From a virus, in the IMG/VR virus record IMGVR_UViG_3300009157_000016, positions 44,378 to 108,377 of that record: a stretch of 64,000 nucleotides of DNA; one strand, written 5' to 3'. This document shows, one piece after another, positions 18,496 to 29,600 of this stretch. The notes beneath the pieces were generated by a model that saw only the letters and a program-made list of their open reading frames with translations, had not been told where the DNA came from and searched no databases. The first letter of the stretch is position 1, and each line of letters opens with the position of its first letter. The translations under genes were made by a program, and so were the position numbers.

Positions 18496-19496
18496 TACAA
18501 GAAGCTCCTGACTAAGCGTTGCGTCAGCGTAGGCGTGAGCGCCCCCACGTCCTCAGTCACGAAGGACGGGTACTCACCTACTTCGAAGCCAGCCCCCATC
18601 AACAGGTCGCTGGCAAGAAAGACGGTCTCGACCTCAGTGGGGTCGTAAAGCAGGATGCGCCGCCTGTAGCGGCGTCCAATCCTGCCAATGATGTACGCCT
18701 GATCCGTGCTCATCCTTGTTCCCAACGGGCAACACGCATTGACGTTGTAGTTGACTCCATAGAAGTCCAGCTTGAGCACGTCAATGGGGCCTTCAACTAC
18801 GAACAGGATGTCACCGCCGCGACACTCATCCGCGTTGTAGACAAGCTGATTGCGGTCCACCGTAGCTGACGGCCCCACTTCCTCTTCCATACCGAGGATC
18901 TTGTAGCGGGGTGCGTCCACCACGTGCATGATGGCGCGGCCGGTCCAGCTTACCAATTCCCCATCCTGATAGATGGGGAATATGATCCGGTCCTTGTGCG
19001 GTCCAGTGGTCGCGTATTTGAGGTTGTACTCGCTGACAATGCCACGGACGTCGTCAAAGCCACGGCGCTCGAGGTAGTGCCAGAATCGCTTGGCTGTCCC
19101 GGTGCGGACAATGCGGTTGAAGTTGTCGGGCATGTGCAGGCGGCTGCGCCGCCTAGGGCCGCTTGTCGGGGCGCTGTCGTGGCCCTGTAGCAGCGCCACG
19201 GCGTCCTCAAAGGTCTCAGGATCCGCTTGGCTGTATTGAGCCGCTATCAGCTTGCTCTGTCCGAAGCTGCAACCCAACAAAGCACGGATGAGATTGTGTG
19301 GTTTCTTGCCTGCGTGAGCCGCTGAGCGCCAGCACCCATACAGCTCTTGCGACAGGTGGATACCCATGTGCTCAGATGGATCGTCTGAGCCGCAGAAGGG
19401 GCACTTGACGTTTATGTGTCCCTTCTTGACGTTGCGCCCCTTGCTGACATAGGGGATGTTGTGGTCCTCAAGGAACCTAATCCAGTCGATTTGCAT
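18495..19496 (-). CDS. DNA primase (zinc finger + TOPRIM)
   Basis: CPFC..GCWR zinc domain, YLERRG, RIIFPI, WTGR, PRY, VVEGPID. Confidence 0.85.
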   Translation of the reverse strand: MQIDWIRFLEDHNIPYVSKGRNVKKGHINVKCPFCGSDDPSEHMGIHLSQELYGCWRSAAHAGKKPHNLIRALLGCSFGQSKLIAAQYSQADPETFEDAVALLQGHDSAPTSGPRRRSRLHMPDNFNRIVRTGTAKRFWHYLERRGFDDVRGIVSEYNLKYATTGPHKDRIIFPIYQDGELVSWTGRAIMHVVDAPRYKILGMEEEVGPSATVDRNQLVYNADECRGGDILFVVEGPIDVLKLDFYGVNYNVNACCPLGTRMSTDQAYIIGRIGRRYRRRILLYDPTEVETVFLASDLLMGAGFEVGEYPSFVTEDVGALTPTLTQRLVRSFL

Positions 19497-19767
19497 AGAG
19501 CGTCTGCACCGTTTCGTCGTTAGTGCAATTTTTCCCGCACCTGTCCATCCACATAGTGTGTTGGTGCTGCGCGCATTTGACGAAGTAGAACGTTTTGCGA
19601 AGGCCGTCCCTGACACGCCAGATTCGACAATCGTCGACGCTGCCGATCATAACTGCCGTCACGTCAGAATTACCTGTCTCGCCACGTTCAATAGGGTCAG
19701 CGCCGCAGGCGGCCAAGAGCAGGCTAATTGAGAGGCTTGCCCATCTCCCTTTCCATGAGGCTTTCAT
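19477..19767 (-). CDS. putative lipoprotein
   Basis: Lipobox-like LLLAAC after a short hydrophobic stretch. Confidence 0.55.
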   Translation of the reverse strand: MKASWKGRWASLSISLLLAACGADPIERGETGNSDVTAVMIGSVDDCRIWRVRDGLRKTFYFVKCAQHQHTMWMDRCGKNCTNDETVQTLYANRLD

Positions 19768-20017
19768 AGTATGCCTGTAGCTCCTCTGTCTTTTCCACGA
19801 CCTGGTACGCCACTGAATGGTCCATCTGGTTGAACAAGACGAACAGGTCACTGGCGTTCTTGAATTTGGCCTTGATGTCCTCCCGCAGGTTCGTGATGCC
19901 GGGCGGTTCACCCTCAATGGGCGGGATCTTCACGACGTCCATCACCAACTCACAGAAGTCACGAAACTCCATCCTCGGGCTTCTGCGCTTGCTGTGCAGC
20001 GACGCGATCTTTTTCAT
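19724..20017 (-). CDS. hypothetical protein
   Basis: ORF in operon context; start uncertain. Confidence 0.55.
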   Translation of the reverse strand: MKKIASLHSKRRSPRMEFRDFCELVMDVVKIPPIEGEPPGITNLREDIKAKFKNASDLFVLFNQMDHSVAYQVVEKTEELQAYYESLMEREMGKPLN

Positions 20018-20465
20018 AGGCTTCTTCCCTCACTGATCTCTGATCACTCCATTTGCCCGGCGCGCCTTCGTAGACGCAGGGGTCGGCTAGCTTCCCCCAA
20101 CCGCCCGGCACGATGTCGGTGCATCCGCAGTTGATGCAGATCTCGTCAAACGTGGAAGCGTCCATGCTGACGCGGGTGACGTGGGACGGGTGCTTCGTTT
20201 TCCTAAATATATCCTCACCGGGCTGAATGACCGGCTTCGGTTCATGGACTTCCACAACCGCCGTGTCCTCAGGATAGTTGACAAGTGCTTCCTGCGCCAC
20301 GGCAATGCCATGCATGTTGATGACGGTGCCAAATTCCTCACTATCATCGAGCGCATGGTCGTAGCCGGCTTCCTCCATCTTGCGACGGATCTCGCGGTAG
20401 GCTGCTTCGCTAAGCGGCATAACGACGTAGGTGTGTGTCTGCCTCAAGTCACGTGGCGCTATCAT
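19959..20465 (-). CDS. hypothetical protein
   Basis: GGAGG RBS; CINC..C motif. Confidence 0.6.
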   Translation of the reverse strand: MIAPRDLRQTHTYVVMPLSEAAYREIRRKMEEAGYDHALDDSEEFGTVINMHGIAVAQEALVNYPEDTAVVEVHEPKPVIQPGEDIFRKTKHPSHVTRVSMDASTFDEICINCGCTDIVPGGWGKLADPCVYEGAPGKWSDQRSVREEAYEKDRVAAQQAQKPEDGVS

Positions 20466-20655
20466 TGTCTTCCTCCCGTTGGATAGAAACGGACCTGACC
20501 GTGACGCTGGCACGGTCAAGGTCGAAGAGAGGGTGGCCCATGTCGTATTGACCCTTCCATCCTCTCACCGCGTCCACAATGTACTGCCGCATCTGCGGCA
20601 TGGTGACTTTCCCCGGTAAATCCACCTCGACGGTGAATGTTCCTGTTCGCTTCAT
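20449..20655 (-). CDS. hypothetical protein
   Basis: ATGA-coupled to the helicase gene. Confidence 0.6.
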   Translation of the reverse strand: MKRTGTFTVEVDLPGKVTMPQMRQYIVDAVRGWKGQYDMGHPLFDLDRASVTVRSVSIQREEDNDSAT

Positions 20656-22286
20656 GCTGCTATTTTCATCCTCTCAATCTTGGTACGGCCGTCAATGACC
20701 GCACGCAGGAGGTTGTGGCCGTCAATGTTCGACTGCCGTTGGTCTTCGTCTTTGGTGCCGCGCATCATCAAGTCAAAGATGAACACGGGCCAAAGGAGTC
20801 CTGGTCTCCATACCCTTCGCTCAGCCTGCTCGCGGTCAATGGCGTTGGTCGGCTGCTCAAAGAACACAATGTATTCGGCGCATTGCAGATTGAGGCTGCT
20901 AGAACCGGACGCCGTGTTGATGACAAGGAAGTTGACGTCGGTGCTCTGCTTAAAGCGCCGCAACTCTCCAATGGGGTCCTTCTGTCCGCCCCATATGCGC
21001 GCGTGCTTCAATTTCAGACGCTTGAGCTCGTCGCTGATTAGTTTGTTCGTGAACACGTAGTCATGGAAGATGATCATCTTCCTACCTTCCGGCATCGTGT
21101 CAATCAGCTCCTTGAGCGCCTCCATCTTGGGGTTTTCATCCAAGGCGACGAAGTGCTTCTCGCTCTTGCTGCCGGGGTCGGCGTCCTTGAGCGTCATGAA
21201 GCCACTGGAGAGCTGGCGTATGCGGTGCCAGTTCGACTCTATCTCACCGTAATTCTCCTTGCTACGGTTCTTGCGCAGGTCCTCAATGCGCTGGACGCTG
21301 GCATTGTAGTAGGCTTGGATGCCTTCTGTCGGCTGCACGTATTTGGGAACGTAGTTGCGCGGCGGCAGGTCGGCGCACTCAGTGATCTCATACCGGATGG
21401 ACCGGTTCTTGATGATACGGTGCAGCTCCTTCTTGAGCCGGCGCTTGAAGACCCACTTGAAGCCGCCCCAAAAGTTGTCCTTGCGCGTGTAGAACACTTC
21501 GCGGAAGAACCCCATGTTTTCGTGCAGCGTGTCACCGAGGTCAATTACGTGGAATTGCGCCCAGAGGTCCAACGGCTCTTTGCCGAAGGGTGTCCCGGTC
21601 AGGCCAAAGGCCCATTTGCATTGCGGCGAAGTGGATATGGCCCAACACAGGCGGTAGTAGAGACTCGTCTTGTTCTTGATCTTGTGGATCTCGTCCATGA
21701 CCAGCGTGTCGAATTCCTTGAAGATCTTGCGCACGCCGGCAGCGGCAAAGTTCCACTCAATTTTCTTGCGACCGGTCTTCGTCTTAACGCGCTTGCCGCC
21801 CTTGTCGAAGACCTCAAGCCGCTTGGAGCACATGGCCGCAGCGGTCTGGTAGGTCATGACGTAGATGTCACCCGGTTCGTTCTTGATCCAGTCAAGGTTC
21901 TCCTTGCTGCTACCCATCAAGGGAACGATGGTCAGATTGGGGGCGTGCGTCTCAACCTCGTCCAGCCACGTCTCAATGGCGGTCAGGTAGGGCACGAAGA
22001 CAATGGCCCGGACCGTCTCCCCACGCTGCTTGCGGTAGCTCAGAATCATGAGCGTCAGGCGTGTCTTGCCGCCGCCCATGTCCAGGAAGCACATGAAGCG
22101 TTCGAGGGTTATGATCAACAGGAAGCAGACAAGCTGATGCAGCCACGGCTTGGGCCGGCTGAACACAGGGATGGGGTCTAGGTCCTCCAGCGCGTCAAGG
22201 ATTTCATCACGCGGAGCCTTCTTCATCCAATCAAAATTGTCACGCTTCTCGTTGAGGAAGCGTTCCTTGACCTTCTCTGAAATCAT
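20652..22286 (-). CDS. SNF2-family (SF2) helicase
   Basis: DMGGGKT, MDEIHK, LTGTP, RQLSSG, LNLQ, QAERRVWRPG. Confidence 0.9.
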   Translation of the reverse strand: MISEKVKERFLNEKRDNFDWMKKAPRDEILDALEDLDPIPVFSRPKPWLHQLVCFLLIITLERFMCFLDMGGGKTRLTLMILSYRKQRGETVRAIVFVPYLTAIETWLDEVETHAPNLTIVPLMGSSKENLDWIKNEPGDIYVMTYQTAAAMCSKRLEVFDKGGKRVKTKTGRKKIEWNFAAAGVRKIFKEFDTLVMDEIHKIKNKTSLYYRLCWAISTSPQCKWAFGLTGTPFGKEPLDLWAQFHVIDLGDTLHENMGFFREVFYTRKDNFWGGFKWVFKRRLKKELHRIIKNRSIRYEITECADLPPRNYVPKYVQPTEGIQAYYNASVQRIEDLRKNRSKENYGEIESNWHRIRQLSSGFMTLKDADPGSKSEKHFVALDENPKMEALKELIDTMPEGRKMIIFHDYVFTNKLISDELKRLKLKHARIWGGQKDPIGELRRFKQSTDVNFLVINTASGSSSLNLQCAEYIVFFEQPTNAIDREQAERRVWRPGLLWPVFIFDLMMRGTKDEDQRQSNIDGHNLLRAVIDGRTKIERMKIAA

Positions 22287-22561
22287 GCTCGCGCACCGGT
22301 AGCTGCCACCTTGCCTTTCTCAGTTATACAGTAGGTGATGGTGATCCCACTGGAATTAGGACTGAATTTGCGAATCCAGTCGTGAGCGCGAAGCCCGTCA
22401 ATCACGACGACGCTGCACCCCACGGCCGGTATGCCAGCCTTTGTCTTGCCAATCTTGAGAGTCTTGTGGCCGCTGGAGAGAAGCCCTTTGCCGCCCTGCT
22501 CTACCAGCCATGCCAGAACCTTACGCTGTACCTCAGTCGGACGAGTCCCCATAGTCGTCAT
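22283..22561 (-). CDS. hypothetical wHTH-like protein
   Basis: PTEVQRKVL..YCITEKGK. Confidence 0.55.
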   Translation of the reverse strand: MTTMGTRPTEVQRKVLAWLVEQGGKGLLSSGHKTLKIGKTKAGIPAVGCSVVVIDGLRAHDWIRKFSPNSSGITITYCITEKGKVAATGARA

Positions 22562-24014
22562 CTCGCTCTCCCTTGATGCCTACGTTCTTCTCGATCAACC
22601 GCCAGTAGTCGCCCGTGGTCCGGGCGCTGTCAATGGCAAACTGTCCTAGGGCATACTGTTGGGAGATGACAATAACTATCCTGTCCTCGTCGTTGCGGCC
22701 GGCAGTCACCGCCAGCCGGGCAAGGCCCATCGCATACTCGCTCTCAGTCTGGCTGTAGGTGATGACGATGTCTGCGTGGGCAATCTTGCTGTAGGCCTCC
22801 GCAACGTTGGCACTCTTGACTTGCTTAGCGCCCGCTGCGGCGCGGTGGGACTGGCTGACAACGGCCATAGCGGCGTTCCGCTTCACGGCCACGCCCCGCA
22901 GGCCCTTGAACGCCTCATCCAAGCTGGCGCGTATGTTGCTGGCGTCCAGTTGCATCAGGTCGGGGTAGTCGAACACAATCAGGTCAGGAGTGAAATGCTC
23001 AGTGACTTCTAGGTTCTGCAAGTAGGCTTCGAACTGTCCTATGGTCAGTGAGCCTGTAGGGAACCCTTTGATGATGATGTTGTCCAGGATGCGGTGCTGC
23101 CACTTCCGCATTAGGCGCTCAAGCTTGGCCTCAATGTCAGGGCTGTCAAAGGACAGCTCCGGCCGGACCTCATCCTCTTCAAAGTCAACGATAGGCTGCT
23201 GACGTGGGTCGTGTCCCCGTTTGATGCCCTTCTCAGTCAGCTTGCGTCGCTTGATGCGCGTGATCTTTATCTTCTCGTCGCGCTTGGCAATGCTGAACAG
23301 CGACATGAGATAGCGCTGGCTGGCCCGCTCCTCAGACATTTCCAAGGTCACGTGGAGCACCTTGAGTCGGTGCAGCACGGCCAGCTTTGCCAGCATGATC
23401 AGGAACCAAGTCTTACCCTTCTTGGTATCGCTGATGTAGAGCAGGAGCTCCTTACGGGTAGGCCCGAAGTTGCGCTTGTCAAGTTCGGGTATGCCGGTAG
23501 GGAACGCTTCCTCAAGGGTGCGCAGCCCTGCTAGGACACGTTTCCAGTTGGACAGCCGCAGGCCGGGGTCGAAGACCTTTAGGCTGGCAGTGTTCGCGGC
23601 AGCCATGAGCTTCCGCGCTTCCTCAAGGGACTCCTCAGTGTCGCGCTGTAGGGCCTTCGTGAGGTCCACCGCCACGCTGCGCAGGCTTTGCCGTATCACG
23701 AACGTCTCGACCTGAGACATCACGTATTCGGCATTGATCCCGTCGTTGGCGTCGTGGATCGCTTCCACAATGTCGGCATAAGCGTTCGCTTCACGCTTGT
23801 TGACCGACGTTATCTTGTCCTCAAGGATGTCCGGTAGGTGGTCACCGGGAGGCTTCTTATATTTGTCAATGAAGTCGTAGAGGCGGGTAGCTACCTCGCG
23901 GTACTGCCCGCCAAAGTTCTCAATGCCCACGGTTCCGCGTATGATAGGAGCCCGCTCCTTGTCATACGACAGCAACGTGAGGAGGTTTTCGGTAAGGAAG
24001 GTGCCTAGTGCCAT
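22533..24014 (-). CDS. DnaB-like replicative helicase
   Basis: FPTGIPELD, SDTKKGKT, TLEMSE, FDYPDLM, VSQ, ADIVIT. Confidence 0.9.
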   Translation of the reverse strand: MALGTFLTENLLTLLSYDKERAPIIRGTVGIENFGGQYREVATRLYDFIDKYKKPPGDHLPDILEDKITSVNKREANAYADIVEAIHDANDGINAEYVMSQVETFVIRQSLRSVAVDLTKALQRDTEESLEEARKLMAAANTASLKVFDPGLRLSNWKRVLAGLRTLEEAFPTGIPELDKRNFGPTRKELLLYISDTKKGKTWFLIMLAKLAVLHRLKVLHVTLEMSEERASQRYLMSLFSIAKRDEKIKITRIKRRKLTEKGIKRGHDPRQQPIVDFEEDEVRPELSFDSPDIEAKLERLMRKWQHRILDNIIIKGFPTGSLTIGQFEAYLQNLEVTEHFTPDLIVFDYPDLMQLDASNIRASLDEAFKGLRGVAVKRNAAMAVVSQSHRAAAGAKQVKSANVAEAYSKIAHADIVITYSQTESEYAMGLARLAVTAGRNDEDRIVIVISQQYALGQFAIDSARTTGDYWRLIEKNVGIKGERDDDYGDSSD

Positions 24015-24037
24015 GAGACCCTATACGGCGCAGGGCC

Positions 24038-24238
24038 TCATCCGAACAGCAACAGGCCCGCAACAAGAAGGATGAGGAACAGAACGCCTGCCGCCGTGTC
24101 ACGGGAAACCCGCCTGCGCTGCGGCAGGCGGGCACGTAACCTATCTTGACTGCGGCGTAGGAGTTCTTCTAGGTCCGGCTCAGCCACTAACGGCGGCGCT
24201 TGCGGAGCATGGTCACGACGATATGTGCCATGCCGCAC
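24038..24238 (-). CDS. small membrane protein
   Basis: C-terminal hydrophobic helix AAGVLFLILLVAGLLLFG; start uncertain. Confidence 0.45.
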   Translation of the reverse strand: MRHGTYRRDHAPQAPPLVAEPDLEELLRRSQDRLRARLPQRRRVSRDTAAGVLFLILLVAGLLLFG

Positions 24239-24708
24239 TGGAGGTAGCCGGGGAAGCCGTTGTCAAAGACCTCGCTCAGCCGGCCTATGTTGGCGGCGAC
24301 CGTGCCGTAGCTGCACGGGAGGTCACGTTCACGTAGTTCGTCGATCAGCATGGAGATCAGAAGGCGGCACAGGCTCATCTGTTCTCGTTGGCCCTTTACC
24401 TGCCCGTTGAACTCCTTGTTGAGGAAGTCCTCCAGTGCGGGCAAGCTGTCCCGCCAGTGGCGGTAATGGGCTGTCTTCCTGAACGCCACGAAGGGCATGT
24501 TGCGGCGGATACCGCGTGCCTCGAACTCAGCCGTCATGGCGTCGAACAAGACTGCCTCAAACCCTTCCGGGTGTATGGCTGGGGAACCGACTGCACCGTC
24601 CCCCAACAGCATGTCCAGTGCTTGTCGCACCTTGAGAAGTCCGTCATGACCGATTGACGGAAGATTAGAGACTACCATTTCAGCGCTTAGCCTAGTCATC
24701 GTTGCCAT
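24187..24708 (-). CDS. hypothetical protein
   Basis: 173-aa ORF with GGAG RBS. Confidence 0.7.
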   Translation of the reverse strand: MATMTRLSAEMVVSNLPSIGHDGLLKVRQALDMLLGDGAVGSPAIHPEGFEAVLFDAMTAEFEARGIRRNMPFVAFRKTAHYRHWRDSLPALEDFLNKEFNGQVKGQREQMSLCRLLISMLIDELRERDLPCSYGTVAANIGRLSEVFDNGFPGYLQCGMAHIVVTMLRKRRR

Positions 24709-24763
24709 TCTCCCAATGGAGTTTGCAGCTTACGGCAGGCTATACGCTGGAGGCAACAGAGTT

Positions 24764-25090
24764 TTACAGTCTAACGCGCTTCTTGCCACCGCCTTTGTCG
24801 AGGCTCTCCCTCAACTTCCTCATCGGATCACGTTCGCGCGCTTTTTCTGAGCGACTCATACCTTCGAATTCCCTCAGTTTAACTTTCCCTTTCCTGTAGG
24901 CGTCAAGTAAAGCCTCCTCGAGATCCTCACCTTGACCGTGAAAGTAGTCCCAAACGGAATGAGTGTGAACGAGAACGACGTCAAAGTACCAGTGTCTCCT
25001 TCCCTCCTTTCCGATGGGGTGGCGCTGATAGCATTGATGCAACATGAAGCCGGCATCGTTGGCCCGCTCAAGGACGTCTTCTACTGACAT
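24764..25090 (-). CDS. hypothetical protein ending in KKRVRL
   Basis: 108-aa ORF with GAGGAG RBS. Confidence 0.7.
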   Translation of the reverse strand: MSVEDVLERANDAGFMLHQCYQRHPIGKEGRRHWYFDVVLVHTHSVWDYFHGQGEDLEEALLDAYRKGKVKLREFEGMSRSEKARERDPMRKLRESLDKGGGKKRVRL

Positions 25091-25170
25091 GATACGATCT
25101 CCTCTGCTAGTTGCTCAGACATACGGTTCGCTTTACAGTCCGGCCTCACGCCGCGCAGTGGGGAGCAGCA

Positions 25171-25548
25171 ATGTTCCGGTTCATCTTCAACATCAGAGAC
25201 AATGCTGACTATACCTTCCGGTTCGTGTGGACCGACATCAACGGTCAACCCGTTGACCTTGAAGGGTCTGAATTCCTCATGCAGGGCAAGGTGACTCCCG
25301 GCGCACCGGGAGACCCGATCTTCGAATTGAGCAGCGCTGATGGCGAGATTGTGGTGGACCCGGACATCACGCCGACCAAGAACCAGTTCACCATAACCTT
25401 CGCACGTGGCATTGTTCCAATTGCTAACGGCTTCACCCAAAGTTCCTACTACTCTGACATCTTGCGCAAGGTAGACGACGCCGTCACCACGGTAGGATAC
25501 GGCGTCGTTGTTTGCTCGAAAGGTCCCACGCAATGGCCGCCTCCGTGA
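25171..25548 (+). CDS. virion structural protein (BppU-N-like beta-sandwich)
   Basis: FVWTDINGQPVDLEG..YYSDI pattern; first gene of the tail island. Confidence 0.65.
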   Translation: MFRFIFNIRDNADYTFRFVWTDINGQPVDLEGSEFLMQGKVTPGAPGDPIFELSSADGEIVVDPDITPTKNQFTITFARGIVPIANGFTQSSYYSDILRKVDDAVTTVGYGVVVCSKGPTQWPPP

Positions 25549-26123
25549 TCCAGGTCTTCGGACTCCCGCTATACACCATTGAGCCAATTCCCAATGACCT
25601 GATTAGCGCTGTCTTTGGCGGCGATACAGGCACGATCCAAGACGTGCCTGAGAACATCATTACTATCTCAAATGAAGATGTCCAACAAATCCAAGAAATG
25701 CCGCAAGTTGACTACATCATCACGAACCCGGCAGGGCCGCCCGGTGCGCCCGGTCAGGACGGGGCGGCGGGAGAGGCAGTGGTTGTCCGCGAAGCTGCAC
25801 AAGCTTTGGGCGGGCATCGTGTGGTCAAGCCGGTGGCGAGTGACGAAGTAGATTATGCCAGTTCTGACATAGCTGGTGACGGCGACCTCATCCTTGGGAT
25901 CACGAAGGGCGCTGCTGCGGCTGGCGACGACGTGCAAGTGCAGGTCGGTGGCACCATGACAGAGGGTTCCTGGAATTGGATCCTCGGTCCCGTTTACTGC
26001 GGCCTCAATGGTGTGCTCACGCAGGTCGTCCCCACGTCTGGTTTCGTGTGCCGCGTGGCAAAGGCGCTGTCGCCTACCACAATCCTCGTCAACGTTGAGG
26101 AAGCATTTCTGCTCGCATCATAG
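25533..26123 (+). CDS. virion structural protein with short collagen-like GXY stretch
   Basis: GPPGAPGQDGAAG; ALGGHRVV..LGIT..AAAG..WNW..GPVY.G.NG.LTQ..P. Confidence 0.7.
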   Translation: MAASVIQVFGLPLYTIEPIPNDLISAVFGGDTGTIQDVPENIITISNEDVQQIQEMPQVDYIITNPAGPPGAPGQDGAAGEAVVVREAAQALGGHRVVKPVASDEVDYASSDIAGDGDLILGITKGAAAAGDDVQVQVGGTMTEGSWNWILGPVYCGLNGVLTQVVPTSGFVCRVAKALSPTTILVNVEEAFLLAS

Positions 26124-26134
26124 GAGGAAGGTTC

Positions 26135-26644
26135 ATGGCTGGATTGTCGTTTCTTAGACTGGTTGGCGGTGCTATTCAGGAAGTCCTTGGACTCCAGACA
26201 AGTGCCGGCGCTGGTGATGCGGGGAAGATTCCGGCGCTGGATGCGGGTGGACGTATCGACAACAGCATGATGCCGGTTGGCATTGGTGCGGATACGGCGT
26301 CCGTCGTCACAAGCGAGAGCCTTGCGGCCGGCGACTGGGTTAACATCCACGCGTCGACCGGTTCCAAGGCGCGCAAGGCTGATGCTACGACAGCCGGCAA
26401 GGAAGTGGATGGGTTCGTGCTGGCGGCGGTCACCGCGCCGGCTGCCGCCACGGTCTACTTCGAAGGGACGAACAATCAGGTGAGCGGCATGACGCCGGGA
26501 TCACCTGTGTTCCTGTCGACCACGCCCGGTGTCGGTGCTCATACTGTTCCTAGCGCGTCAGGGAACATTGTGCAGCGGATTGGCGTCGCGGTCAGTGCCA
26601 CCGAAGTCAACTTTGAGCGCGGTGCCCCGGTAACCCTCGCATAG
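26135..26644 (+). CDS. virion structural protein
   Basis: SESLAAGDWVNI..KADA..GFVLAAV..FLSTTPG..VQRIGVA; AGGAGG RBS. Confidence 0.75.
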   Translation: MAGLSFLRLVGGAIQEVLGLQTSAGAGDAGKIPALDAGGRIDNSMMPVGIGADTASVVTSESLAAGDWVNIHASTGSKARKADATTAGKEVDGFVLAAVTAPAAATVYFEGTNNQVSGMTPGSPVFLSTTPGVGAHTVPSASGNIVQRIGVAVSATEVNFERGAPVTLA

Positions 26645-26656
26645 GGAAGTTTCTTC

Positions 26657-29600
26657 ATGGCGACCCGTAGACCCCTCGTCGTCGTCAGCGGGTTTTTCAG
26701 AGAGCTTCCGACTGGCGATATACTTCCCGTAGCGTTTGCTGATCTGACCAGCAAGCCGACGACGCTTGCTGGTTATGGTATCGTAGACGCCCAGCCGCTT
26801 GACGGGACGCTCACCGCTCTCGCTGGTCTGAACGCCACCGCAGGCTTGGTGGAGCAGACCGGTGCGGATGCGTTCACGAAGCGCGCCATTGGCGTCGCCG
26901 CCGGTACCTCTATTCCCACGCGCGCAGACGGGGACGCGCGGTGGCTTATCTCTACCGTGGCGGCGGCAGCCCTAGCAGCCCTGACGCCTGCGGCCGACAG
27001 GCTCCCATACTTCGATAGCACCACGACCGCAGCGCTGGCGACCTACACCGCCTATGCAAGAACGCTCGCCGACGATGCTGATGCTGCGACATCACGCGGC
27101 ACGCTTGGCCTAGGAACGGCGGCCACACAGAACACCGGTACGTCGGGTGCTAACCTTCCCTTCCTGAATGGCACCAATCAGTGGTCCGGTCAGCAAGTCA
27201 TTTCGCTGTCTACGGCTTCGGCTGTACCGCTGGTCATCATTTCGTCTGAGGCTGGTTCCGGGCAAGGCCCCTTCCTTGACATTAGAAGGGACAGCGCTAC
27301 TCCGGCCATCAACGACGACATTGGTGCGCTGCGTTTCCACGGACGCGATAGCGGCGGCACCAATACGAACTACGGTCAGATCGACGCACGCATTCTAGAC
27401 CCGGCTGATACTCTTGAGAGCAGCCGGATGCGGCTGCTTACCTACACTCTAGGCACCCTGTCCGCCGTTCTTACTCTCAACGTTGGCGCAACCATCGGTA
27501 CGGCCACCGATCAAGGTGCGAACACGCTCAATGCCGGAGCGCTTTACGAAGCTGGCACGGCGATCTCCACGAAGTATTTCTTGGCGTCAGGCATCTCAGC
27601 CTATGGCGCAACGCTTGTGGACGACGCGGACGCCGCCACGGCGCGCGGCACACTAGGCCTCGGAACTGCGGCGGTTCAGAACACCGGTACTTCCGGCGCT
27701 ACGGTTCCGCTGCTCAATACCGATCCTACTTGGTCAGGAAGCGTCCACGCACATATCCGCCCAAGCACGACCATCGGCACGGCGGTTATGGGCAACCAAG
27801 CCAATACGACGAACGCCGACATCTATCAGATTGCGTTCCGTGCGTTGGATGATGGCGGCAACGTGCATGACTACGCGCTCATGCGGGCTATTATCCTTGA
27901 TCCCGCAAATGGAGCGGAGTCAGGTGGCCTAGAATGGCGAACATCGGTCGCAGGAACGAGCGCAAGGCGCTTGAACCTTCGGCAGGGCTTGTACACGGAA
28001 GGCGTGACCGGCACCGATAAGGGCCTCAATACGATCAATGCCGGGACGTACTATGAGAACAACGTCCTTCTAAGCACGAAGTATCTGACGTCCGCAAGTG
28101 TGTCAGCTTACATCCTGACCCTTCTTGATGACACCGACGCAGCTACCGCTCGCGGCACGTTGGGGTTGGGCACTTCCGCTACCGTCAACACCGGCACGAC
28201 CGGTGCAACCATCCCGTTGCTCAATGGTTCTTGGACTGCTTCACCGGGACCGTTTGTCTTTCAGTCACCTTCTACTGACCAAGGTGGCTTTGCTGTCAAT
28301 TCGGCTTCCTCTGCCGGTCCTCCGAACCGCGTCTTTGCGGTTTACCGTGATGGCCCGCTGGACGACACGCGGCGCGTGTTCGAAGTTCTGCGCGCATCCT
28401 CCAATGCTGTGCTTGCTCACGGCTCAGTCGTGTGGACGGCTGCTACCTTGCCGGCCAGCGCATACTTCCTGACGTTGGCAGACGATGCGGATGCCGCTAC
28501 CGCACGCGGCACTCTAGGGCTTGGCACGGCGGCAGTTGAGAATATTGGCACGACCGGTGCTACGGTTCCGCTTCTCAACACTTCTGTTGTTTTCAGCGGT
28601 GCCACCTTTGGCGTCACCCTTGGAACGACGACTGCTTCTCAGATCAGTTTTGGATCGACGCTTGCTACGGGCGGTACGATCTCAACGATTTTCTTCAACG
28701 CACTGGACAGCGCGGCGGCGGGAGTCAACTACGCTGGCGTCCGCGCAACGATTATCAGCGCCACGGCGGGCGCGGCGACAGGCCGTTTGGAGCTGCGGAC
28801 GGCAAGCGCCAGCAATCTCACGACGCGTGTCAACATTGATTTGGGAATGTACACGCCGGCCGTGACTGGCGGTGACAAGGGAGTCAGCACTCTCAACTTC
28901 GGGACAGTTTACGAATCCAACAGCCGCGTCTGGACAGCGGCTACGCTTCCTGCAAGTGCCTTCTTCCTTACGTTGGCTGATGATGCAGACGCAGCGACGG
29001 CTCGTGGCACGCTCGGCCTTGGTACTGCCGCAACTCAGAATACCGGCTCTTCTGGCGCTAACCTTCCGTTCCTGAGTGGCACCAATACCTGGAGCAATCC
29101 GAACACGTTCGCTTCTACGTCGGCGAGCGCTATGGTGGTGCGCGTCCAAACAAGCGAGGATGGCGCGGCTGTTGGTCCTATTCTTGACCTTCACCGCATC
29201 TCTGCTTCGCCGACAGTGAACGATCTGCTTGGGCAGATTCGCTTCGCTGGTTTGGATAGCGGTGGTACATTTACTTCTTACGCTACCATCTTCACGCAAA
29301 TTCTTGTGGCCACTGACACGGCCGAATCTGGAATACTTAGCATCCAGACAGCGGTTGCCGGGACCACGGCTACCCGCATCCAGATTGCAGGAGGGCTGTA
29401 CACTGCCAGCGTCACGGGTGGTGATCAAGGAATTGGATCCATCAATGCGGCGACGCTTTACGAAGCCGCCGTGCGGGTCCTCACGGCCTCAGACGTCACG
29501 ACCTATACCCGCACGCTTCTGAATGATCCTGACGCCGCCACGGCGCGCGGCACGCTTGGCCTAGGCACCGTGGCGGTTCTGAACGTTGGCACGTCTGGTT

